This document shows, one piece after another, positions 24,830 through 32,057 of a stretch of DNA of 32,057 nucleotides (its first letter is position 1; each line of letters opens with the position of its first letter). Where the stretch lies: NCBI GenBank assembly GCA_043819135.1, contig JBDRFG010000099.1, forward strand, positions 1-32,057, read 5' to 3'. A model generated the notes under the pieces. It was not told where the DNA came from. It worked only from the letters and a program-made list of their open reading frames with translations, and did not search any database. The stretch comes from Candidatus Eiseniibacteriota bacterium (lineage in GTDB: Bacteria; Joyebacterota; Joyebacteria; Joyebacterales; Joyebacteraceae). Made by a program: the position numbers and the translations under genes.

Positions 24830-25480
24830 GTGTCCCGGAAGAGAGCCTACATCACGACGAAGGGGTTTGCCAGAGAAGCCGAGGAGCTCGTGCGGTGGTC
24901 GAGCGATGCCGGTCGGGTCGCGTTCACCCCGGGTGCAACGGCCCTTCTTGTCGTGGACATGCAGGGCTGGTTCCTTGAGCCCACGTCGCACGCGTATCTT
25001 CCCAGCGCCGCACACATCGTCCCGGGCCTGGTCTCTCTCTCCCGGGCGTTCCGGGAGAACGAGCTGCCGGTGATCTTCACCAGGCATTTGAATACCGAGG
25101 AGGACGCCGGGGCTCTGGGGTTGTGGTGGAGCGACCTCATTCGCGTGGAGGACCCTCTGAGCGAAATAGCGTCCGCCGTGGACACGTCCGGGGGTATCGT
25201 TCTCACGAAGAACCAGTACGACGCCTTCCACGGAACGAGCCTGGAGGACATGCTGAGAGAACGCGGCGTCAAACGGATCGTGGTGACCGGTGTGGCGACG
25301 CACCTCTGCTGTGAGACCACCGCGCGCTCAGCCTTCGTGCGCGGTTTCGAGGTGACGTTCCCGGTCGACGGCACGGCCACATACGATGAGCACCATCACC
25401 TCGCGACTCTTCTGAATCTGTCGCACGGTTTCGCCACGGCGACGAGGGTCCAGGATCTGATCGATGCGGCTCGAGGTTGA
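24830..25480 (+). CDS. Isochorismatase-family cysteine hydrolase
   Basis: ALLVVDMQ, K..YDAF and GVATHLCCETTARSAF. Start uncertain (GTG 24830 or 24818). Confidence 0.92.
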   Translation: MSRKRAYITTKGFAREAEELVRWSSDAGRVAFTPGATALLVVDMQGWFLEPTSHAYLPSAAHIVPGLVSLSRAFRENELPVIFTRHLNTEEDAGALGLWWSDLIRVEDPLSEIASAVDTSGGIVLTKNQYDAFHGTSLEDMLRERGVKRIVVTGVATHLCCETTARSAFVRGFEVTFPVDGTATYDEHHHLATLLNLSHGFATATRVQDLIDAARG

Positions 25481-25572
25481 GTCGCGATGGGCGGCGGCTC
25501 GGGGTGCGGGATGGTCGTTCCCGCGGGGACCGGGGGGAGAGCGACGAAGATGACGGCAGCGGAGACATCGCC

Positions 25573-26538
25573 GTGAGACCGGAGACGACACACCACGCGG
25601 GTATCATCGGAGCGGGACCGGCCGGCATCGCGGCCGCCGTCCAGCTCGCGCGGCATGGCGTGAGGCCCGTCGTGTTCGAGAAGGGATTGACCGGCGGGCT
25701 GCTTCGCACCGCCTGGCGCGTCGAGAACTTCCCGGGATTCCCGGGAGGCATCTCTGGACCCGACCTGGCGGGGTTTCTCGACGAGCAGCTTTGCGCCTCC
25801 GGGGCCCAGCTGATCGACGAGGAGGTTGCGTTACTCGATCGCGAGGACGGGCTCCTGGTATGCAGGACAGGCGGCGGGGCGCTGCGGTTCGGAGCCGTGA
25901 TAGTGGCTTCCGGGACCCGACCCCGTCGGGTGATCGACATCGACGTCTCCGAGGACGCGCGGGAGAGGATCTTCCATGAGGCAGGTGAACTCCGGGGAGT
26001 CGCGGGTGCCCGCATCGTCGTCGTAGGTGGAGGTGACGCGGCCTTCGACTACGCACTCGGTCTCTCGGAGGAGAACGACGTCACGATACTGATCAGGGGC
26101 GGTTCCGCGCGCTGCCTTCCTCTTCTTGAGTCGAGGTCACGGTCGCGCGAGCGCGTGACCGTGAGGGTACAGACTCGGCTGACAGCGATTGCCCTCGAGA
26201 CGGGAGGACGTCTGAAACTGACGTCCGTGTCCCCCTCCGCAGCAGGCGGTGTTCGCAAGGACACCGCCGCCGATTACGTCGTCCTGGCTGCCGGAAGAGA
26301 GCCGGACGACGGGTTCCTTTCGGAGGAGGTGCGCCTGAACGCTCCCACGTTCGAGGCGCGCCGGGAATTGCTCTTCGCGGGCGATGTCCGGAGTGGTATC
26401 TTCCGCCAGGCGTCCATTGCGGCGGGTCAGGGCACGCACGCCGCGATGAAGGTGGCGGCGATGCTGCGGGACAGTGTCGGGGCGGACGTCGGCTTCGGAA
26501 AGACGCGCGGGGCGCGTTCGCGCGGGGAGTCGCATTGA
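25573..26538 (+). CDS. Thioredoxin-reductase-like FAD/NAD(P) oxidoreductase lacking CxxC
   Basis: IIGAGPAG, VENFPGF, VASG, VVGGGDAA and FAGDV..Q...AAGQG. GTG 25573 after GGAG (TTG 25477 is an alternative start). Confidence 0.88.
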   Translation: MRPETTHHAGIIGAGPAGIAAAVQLARHGVRPVVFEKGLTGGLLRTAWRVENFPGFPGGISGPDLAGFLDEQLCASGAQLIDEEVALLDREDGLLVCRTGGGALRFGAVIVASGTRPRRVIDIDVSEDARERIFHEAGELRGVAGARIVVVGGGDAAFDYALGLSEENDVTILIRGGSARCLPLLESRSRSRERVTVRVQTRLTAIALETGGRLKLTSVSPSAAGGVRKDTAADYVVLAAGREPDDGFLSEEVRLNAPTFEARRELLFAGDVRSGIFRQASIAAGQGTHAAMKVAAMLRDSVGADVGFGKTRGARSRGESH

Positions 26539-27509
26539 GAGTAGTCGCATCCACGGGTAGAGAGGACATAGCGGTGGCCTACGTGGCCGAGACGGCCGGA
26601 GGCCGCCTCGTCGAATTCACTGAGGCCGTACAGCCACCGGTTCCCCGAGAGCTGAAGTGGGTTCTCATCGTCTCGAGCCTGTACGGTTGCCCGGTACGTT
26701 GCGCGATCTGCGACGCCGGCGACAGGTACGAGGGCAAAATGAGCGCCGCGGAGATCCTCGAACAGATCGACTTCCTGGTCGACCGGCGCTACCCGGACAG
26801 GCGCGTGCCGTCCCAGAAGTTCAAGATCCAGTTCGCCAGGGTGGGAGAGCCCTCTCTCAATCCCGCCGTCCTCGACGTGCTGACGGAACTGCCGCTCCGT
26901 TATGATGCCCCCGGGCTCATGCCCTCCGTCTCGAGCGTCGCTCCGGTCGGATGTGACGCGTTCTTCGAACGGCTTCGCGACATCAAGAATCGGCTGTACG
27001 GCAGCGGGCGGTTCCAGCTCCAATTCTCCATTCACACGACGGATGAGTCACTCCGCGACCGACTGATCCCGATAAGGAAGTGGGGACTCGATCGCATCGG
27101 CAACTACGGCGCCGGATTCCGCGACGCGGGCGATCGCAAGGTGACACTGAACTTCGCGCTTGCCCGCGACACACCGGTCGACCCCGACGTCCTGCTTCGT
27201 TGGTTCGATCCGGCGGACTTCCTCGTTAAGATAACGCCCGTCAATCCGACACACCGCGCGGTCATGAACGGCATCGTGTCCCGCGTCGATCCCGGAAGAG
27301 AGGAGGCGGGTGCCGAGATCGAGCGCCTGCGGTCCGCGGGGTACGACGTGCTTCTCAGTATCGGTGAACTCGAAGAGAACCGGATCGGAAGCAACTGCGG
27401 GCAATACATACAGACGCACCTCGAGGCAAAGAAGCGGCTCGGGGACGGCTACGCGTGCGTGGATGACGTCGTGATCGCCGCGGCGTCACCGGGTGACGCC
27501 CGGAAGTGA
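26535..27509 (+). CDS. Radical SAM protein, divergent RlmN/Cfr-like
   Basis: SSLYGCPVRCAICDAG (CxxxCxxC), EILEQI, FARVGEP, LQFSIH..RDRLIP and C-terminal IGSNCGQ. Confidence 0.9.
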   Translation: MRVVASTGREDIAVAYVAETAGGRLVEFTEAVQPPVPRELKWVLIVSSLYGCPVRCAICDAGDRYEGKMSAAEILEQIDFLVDRRYPDRRVPSQKFKIQFARVGEPSLNPAVLDVLTELPLRYDAPGLMPSVSSVAPVGCDAFFERLRDIKNRLYGSGRFQLQFSIHTTDESLRDRLIPIRKWGLDRIGNYGAGFRDAGDRKVTLNFALARDTPVDPDVLLRWFDPADFLVKITPVNPTHRAVMNGIVSRVDPGREEAGAEIERLRSAGYDVLLSIGELEENRIGSNCGQYIQTHLEAKKRLGDGYACVDDVVIAAASPGDARK

Positions 27510-27578
27510 CGGAGGCGTGGGTTCCAACGTGCGGAATAGACCGCGCCGACGCGTGTAGTATCAGCAGGAGGTGACGCC

Positions 27579-28022
27579 ATGGAATTCCAGATCTGGTGGC
27601 TGTGGTTCGCGCTCGCGGCCGTGTTCATCATCGGCGAGGTTTTCACCGAGGGGTTCTTCCTGCTCTGGTTCGGCGTCGGCGCCGGCATTTCGGGCGTGCT
27701 CGCGCTCGTCGGCGTTGGTCCGGCATGGCAGTGGGCCGTGTTCGTAGTGGCTTCCGGGATGCTCTTCGCCGTCTCCAGGCGGTTCGCCGAGAGGTTCACG
27801 CAAAAGCAGCCACCCGGCATCGGCGCCGACCGGCTCATCGGCAGGCGCGGTGTTGTGCTCGAGCAGATCGACAACGTGCAGAATGCGGGGAAGGTCATGA
27901 TCGACAAGGAGCAGTGGCGGGCCGAGAGCGAGGACGAGAGCGTCATCGAGTCGGGCGCCCGCATAGAGGTCACGCGTCAGGACGGCACTCACGCGGTCGT
28001 ACGCGTTCTCAAGGAGGGTTAG
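27579..28022 (+). CDS. NfeD-like membrane protein
   Basis: W..LA..F.IGE.FT.GFFLLWFG TM region and OB-fold LIGRRG..GKV..EQWRA, adjacent to an SPFH gene. Confidence 0.92.
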   Translation: MEFQIWWLWFALAAVFIIGEVFTEGFFLLWFGVGAGISGVLALVGVGPAWQWAVFVVASGMLFAVSRRFAERFTQKQPPGIGADRLIGRRGVVLEQIDNVQNAGKVMIDKEQWRAESEDESVIESGARIEVTRQDGTHAVVRVLKEG

Positions 28023-28026
28023 CCAC

Positions 28027-28953
28027 ATGGTAGGGCTCTTCATTATTGCGGGAGTGCTCATCCTGGTCCTGGCCTCGAGGGGCATCAAGATCGTCAGGCC
28101 CTGGCAGAAGGGACTCATCGAGAGGCTGGGCAAGTACCAGAGAACGGCGGACAGCGGCCTGACGATCATCGTTCCGTTCATGGAGAAGATGATCAAGGTG
28201 GACATGCGCGAGCAGGTCGTCGACGTGCCGCCTCAAGGTGTCATCACCAAGGACAACGTGGTGGTCGAGGTGGATGCGGTCGTCTACTTCGAGGTGACCG
28301 ATCCGGTCAAGGTCACGTACAACGTCGCGAGCTTCTATATCGCCGCTACGAAGCTCGCGCAGACCAATCTCAGGAACCTGATCGGCGACCTTGCACTCGA
28401 CGAGTCGCTGACGTCGCGCGAGATCATCAACACGAAGCTCCGCGAGATCCTCGATGACGCGACCGACAAGTGGGGAACGAAGGTCACGAGAGTCGAGCTG
28501 CAGAGGATCGAGCCGCCGGCGGACGTCACGGAAGCGATGCACAGGCAGATGAAATCCGAGCGCAACAGGCGATCGATGATCCTCGAGGCCGAGGGCCACA
28601 AGCAGTCGGCGATCCTCAAGGCGGAGGGCGACGCCGAGGCCGTCAGGCGCGTGGCGGAGGCGGAGAAGTTCCGCAAGCTGACCGTGGCGGCCGGTGAGGC
28701 GGAGGCCGTCAGCACGGTCTACAGAGCCATTCACGAGGGGCGGCCGACGAACGACCTCATCGCGATCAAGTACCTGCAGACGCTCGAAAAGATCGCGGAC
28801 GGGCGTGCCACGAAGATCTTCCTGCCGTTGGATACATCCGGCGTGCTCGGGAGCATCGCCGGCATCGGGGAGCTGCTTAAGGGGAAGATCGGCGACTCGG
28901 TAGGGGTCGGACCCCAGGGGGGCTCGGCGCACGCGGATGAGGGAACCGACTAA
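28027..28953 (+). CDS. SPFH/Band 7 (stomatin/QmcA-like) protein
   Basis: ERLGKY, VITKDNV, QTNLR..IG, WG.KVTRVE and AM..QM..ER..R..ILEAEG. Confidence 0.95.
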   Translation: MVGLFIIAGVLILVLASRGIKIVRPWQKGLIERLGKYQRTADSGLTIIVPFMEKMIKVDMREQVVDVPPQGVITKDNVVVEVDAVVYFEVTDPVKVTYNVASFYIAATKLAQTNLRNLIGDLALDESLTSREIINTKLREILDDATDKWGTKVTRVELQRIEPPADVTEAMHRQMKSERNRRSMILEAEGHKQSAILKAEGDAEAVRRVAEAEKFRKLTVAAGEAEAVSTVYRAIHEGRPTNDLIAIKYLQTLEKIADGRATKIFLPLDTSGVLGSIAGIGELLKGKIGDSVGVGPQGGSAHADEGTD

Positions 28954-28996
28954 CCGCGCGCAGGCCCGTTTCGGAGACCGCTGAACCGCATTTGGG

Positions 28997-29033
28997 AGAG
29001 GGGCCGCTGCGAAGGCGCAGCGGCCCCTCTATT
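28997..29033 (+). terminator. 15-bp perfect hairpin, probable terminator
   Basis: AGAGGGGCCGCTGCG-AAGG-CGCAGCGGCCCCTCT followed by ATT. Confidence 0.75.
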
Positions 29034-29093
29034 CGTACGGTTGAGGCCGTAGCGTCCTTGACCGAGGTGGAAGCGCGTGAGTAAGATTCATCC

Positions 29094-29984
29094 ATGAGCA
29101 AGGTCATGGTCGTAGTCAATCCCGCGTCCGGTCACTACGATGCGGACACGGTCCGGGCGGCCATCGAGAGGGCGGTCGCCGCGGGCGAACGGACACCCGA
29201 ATTCCGTGAGGTCGTCGAGGGAGAGTCCGTCCCGGACATCGTGCGGAGCGCTCTTGCTCGCGGTTTCAACATGTTCGTCGCTGTCGGAGGGGACGGCACT
29301 GTGTCGGGTGTCGTCGAGGGGCTCGACGGGTCACCCGCGCTGGTCGCCGTGGTCCCGGCGGGCACAGGGAACCTGCTGGCGAGAGGTCTCGGCCTCCCGC
29401 TGGACCCCATAGCCGCCGCAGGTCTCATCGCGGGCGAGCATTCGATCAGAACGCTGGATGCCATGCGTATCGGCACGCGCGTGTTCATTCTTAACGTCGG
29501 TGTCGGTATCAGCTCTGTGACAGTGCGCGACACAAGCAACGCCGACAAGCGAAGGTTCGGTCGGGCCGCCTACGTGTGGACCGGGTTACGCGAGATACTG
29601 GGATTCCGGCCATGCCGGTTCACGGTCACGGTCGACGGTCGCGTCACTCGCCTCCGGGCGACAGAAGTGACCGTGGCCAACTGCGACTTCATAGGTGACA
29701 TTCCGTGGCCGTGGGCGCCCGAGATACTGCCGGACGACGGCAAGCTGGACGTGTGCCTCGTCCTCGTGCCGACCGCCGGCGAGTCCATCAGGTCCGGACT
29801 CAGGGCGATGCGCCATCGTCGGAAGCCCGCGCCGAACGTTCGATGGCTCCGCGCTCGGCGCAGCGTGAGGATCGAGGCCAATCGGACACTGCCTGTCCAG
29901 GCCGACGGCGACCTGATAGGGGAGACTCCCGTCGAGATGACAGTGCTGCCGCATGCGGTCAGGGTGATCGTCCCGCGGGGTTGA
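29094..29984 (+). CDS. Diacylglycerol/lipid kinase family protein (YegS/DgkB-like)
   Basis: VNPASG, GGDGT, PAGTGN, PDDGKLD and QADGD. Confidence 0.93.
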   Translation: MSKVMVVVNPASGHYDADTVRAAIERAVAAGERTPEFREVVEGESVPDIVRSALARGFNMFVAVGGDGTVSGVVEGLDGSPALVAVVPAGTGNLLARGLGLPLDPIAAAGLIAGEHSIRTLDAMRIGTRVFILNVGVGISSVTVRDTSNADKRRFGRAAYVWTGLREILGFRPCRFTVTVDGRVTRLRATEVTVANCDFIGDIPWPWAPEILPDDGKLDVCLVLVPTAGESIRSGLRAMRHRRKPAPNVRWLRARRSVRIEANRTLPVQADGDLIGETPVEMTVLPHAVRVIVPRG

Positions 29985-30063
29985 CCGTCTGCCAATAAAC
30001 GTGCTAGAGAACTGTGGAGTTCAGTTCCGCCGGGGCGAACGTCCCTGTTGACGGAGTCCGCGA

Positions 30064-31338
30064 TTGGTCGACCCTACCAGAACCTCCAACACGAGTACTC
30101 ACAGCGAGTCGCGCGGCGTGCTGCGCCGACTTCCCCGCAACGTCTGGGTCGTGACGGCCACCAGCTTCCTGATGGACATCTCCTCCGAGATGCTCCTGAA
30201 TTTGCTGCCGCTCTTCCTGTTCAACGTGCTTGGGGTCAGGACCGCGGCCATAGGCGCCATCGAGGGGGTTGCAGAATCCACCGCGAGCCTGCTCAAGATG
30301 TTCTCGGGATGGCTCTCTGACTGGCTCGGCACCCGGAAGAGGCTCGCCGTCCTGGGCTACGCGGTCTCGACCATCGTCAAGCCGTTCCTCTACTTCGCCA
30401 CGACGTGGGGCGGCGTGCTCGCGGTGCGTTTCGGTGACCGCGTGGGGAAGGGTATTCGGACGGCACCCCGCGACGCGCTCGTGGCCGACAGCGTGGACAA
30501 GCGTCAGCGGGGCGTCGCGTTCGGACTGCACCGCGCCGGCGACACGGCCGGGGCGGTCGTCGGGATCGGAATCGCGCTGCTCATTCTGCTGGCCACCCAG
30601 CGCGGCGCCGTCGAGCTGAGCCGAGCCTCCTTCCAGCTGGTCGTTCTAGCGAGCATGATTCCGGCCGTCCTCGCGGTGCTGGTGCTCGCGCTGGGGGCGA
30701 GGGAGACGAGGATCGAGGGGCCGAGAGCGAGGCCGCCGAAGCTGACGCTCGCCGGGTTCGACCGCAGGTTCCGGTTCTTCCTTGTCATCATCGTCCTCTT
30801 CACGCTCGGCAACTCGTCGGACGCTTTCCTGATACTGCGAGCGCAGCACGCGGGACTCACGGTCCCCGGAGTCCTAGGGATGATGCTGACGTTCAACCTG
30901 GTCTACGCCGTCGTCTCCGGTCCCGCTGGAGCCCTCTCCGACAGATTCGGCCGGCGCAGGTTCCTGGTCGGTGGGTGGCTGCTCTACGCGGTCGTGTATC
31001 TCGGGTTTGCGAGGGCAACGGCCGGGTGGCACACCTGGGCGCTCATGGCCGTGTACGGGGTTTACTACGGAGCGACTCACGGCGTCGCGAAGGCCTACGT
31101 GGCCGACCTGGTGCCTGCCGAGCGGAGGGGAACCGCATACGGCGTCTACAGCGCGGCCGTCGGCGTGACGGCTCTGCCGGCGAGCGTCATTGCCGGAGTG
31201 CTGTGGCAGGGAGTCGGGGGGTGGCACGGGTTGGGTCCTGGCGCGCCGTTCGTGTTCGGGGCCGTGCTGGCTCTCACCGCCGCGCTCATTCTGGCGCTGC
31301 TGCCCGGAGGTTCTTCCCGCTCCTCGGTTAGTGCCTGA
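30064..31338 (+). CDS. MFS transporter
   Basis: DISSEM, GWLSDWLG.RK, DRVGKGIRTAPRDAL, GALSDRFGRR and about 12 TM segments. Start approximate. Confidence 0.93.
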   Translation: MVDPTRTSNTSTHSESRGVLRRLPRNVWVVTATSFLMDISSEMLLNLLPLFLFNVLGVRTAAIGAIEGVAESTASLLKMFSGWLSDWLGTRKRLAVLGYAVSTIVKPFLYFATTWGGVLAVRFGDRVGKGIRTAPRDALVADSVDKRQRGVAFGLHRAGDTAGAVVGIGIALLILLATQRGAVELSRASFQLVVLASMIPAVLAVLVLALGARETRIEGPRARPPKLTLAGFDRRFRFFLVIIVLFTLGNSSDAFLILRAQHAGLTVPGVLGMMLTFNLVYAVVSGPAGALSDRFGRRRFLVGGWLLYAVVYLGFARATAGWHTWALMAVYGVYYGATHGVAKAYVADLVPAERRGTAYGVYSAAVGVTALPASVIAGVLWQGVGGWHGLGPGAPFVFGAVLALTAALILALLPGGSSRSSVSA

Positions 31339-32056
31339 CGTACTCTATCATCAGATTTCCGAGGTGTGTGTTGTCCTGGATGCCGCCCAGCGCCTCGCTG
31401 CCCGGCCCGAAGGCCAGGACCGGTACCATGCTCGCGGAGTGGTCGCCGGACCCGAAGTGTGGACGCGTGACTTCGTGCCGCTCCAGTGAGCCGTCGAGCA
31501 CCGCGTATGCGCCGGTCTCGTGATCGGCGGTGACGATGACAAGCGTGTTACCGTCGCGCTCCGCGAAGTCCATCGCCACGCCAACGGCCGCGTCGAAATC
31601 CGCCAGCTCGTCCATCAGCCACTCATGCTCGTTCTCGTGCCCCGCCCAGTCTATCTGAGAGCCCTCTATCATTGCGAAGAAACCGTCCTCGTCGCGCGAG
31701 AGAATCCCGAGCGCCCTGTCTGTCATCGCAGCAAGCGACGGTTCGCGGGAGGTCACGGTCGGCGCGTGGCCCGGATGGAACAGAGCCATCGCCGCATCCG
31801 TTTCCGGGAGGTTCCTGAACTCCTCCACGCTGAGCGCTACCGGCATGCGCTCGCGCAGCTCGTCAATGAGGTTCAGGCCGTCGGTCCGGGCGCCGCCCTG
31901 TTCCGTGTTCGGGAGAAAGAACGACCAGCCTCCTCCGAACAACACATCGACGCCGCTTCCCGCCATCTGCAAGGCGATCTCTTCGTCCTTCTGCCGGTTG
32001 TCGACGTGCGCGGCGAAGACGGCCGGCGTGGCGTGTGTGATGGAGCACGTGACGAT
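31328..32056 (-). CDS. phoA: Alkaline phosphatase, C-terminal part (runs off the window)
   Basis: ITHATPAVFAAH, FGGG, MIEGSQIDWAGH, VTADHETG and HS..MVP..AFGPG. The frame is open to the window edge. Confidence 0.92.
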   Translation of the reverse strand: MVTCSITHATPAVFAAHVDNRQKDEEIALQMAGSGVDVLFGGGWSFFLPNTEQGGARTDGLNLIDELRERMPVALSVEEFRNLPETDAAMALFHPGHAPTVTSREPSLAAMTDRALGILSRDEDGFFAMIEGSQIDWAGHENEHEWLMDELADFDAAVGVAMDFAERDGNTLVIVTADHETGAYAVLDGSLERHEVTRPHFGSGDHSASMVPVLAFGPGSEALGGIQDNTHLGNLMIEYVRH

Positions 32057-32057
32057 C

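Noticed and set aside
1..32057. CRISPR arrays, tRNA/rRNA, transposases, integrases and phage genes
   Set aside because: No regularly spaced repeats or diagnostic motifs were seen.

Overview
GC-rich bacterial chromosomal window with no rRNA, tRNA, CRISPR array or recognisable mobile element. A C-terminal 'TPVEPSTWGRIK' tail suggests an uncultured FCB-related lineage (Eisenbacteria/Krumholzibacteriota-like); this is inference only. The window has about 27 supportable CDSs. Transport genes: an NSS symporter with a small subunit, an ArsR/DUF318 permease/patatin operon, DUF47 with a PiT phosphate transporter, and an MFS transporter. Enzymes: an exported triple rhodanese, a PDZ-containing hydrolase, a class V aminotransferase, a probably frameshifted ankyrin-MBL fusion, an S9 peptidase, an isochorismatase/TrxB-like/RlmN-like radical SAM operon, a DAG-kinase-family protein and a partial alkaline phosphatase. 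NfeD and SPFH genes are also present. The best candidate for an undescribed system is 17926-22530. A sigma70 promoter drives a small secreted acidic pro-peptide and a TPR-GAF-AAA+-HTH sigma54 activator. These are followed by tandem enhancer-like palindromes and a sigma54 promoter that fires into about 480 nt of structured, GGA-clustered DNA with no convincing ORF. A second sigma54 promoter 16 kb away (5573) carries the same leader motif, TCCA(A/C)AGCATCTGAT. Together these suggest an RRNPP-like peptide-sensing sigma54 regulon with an RNA output. All product calls come from motifs read by eye; no searches were run.
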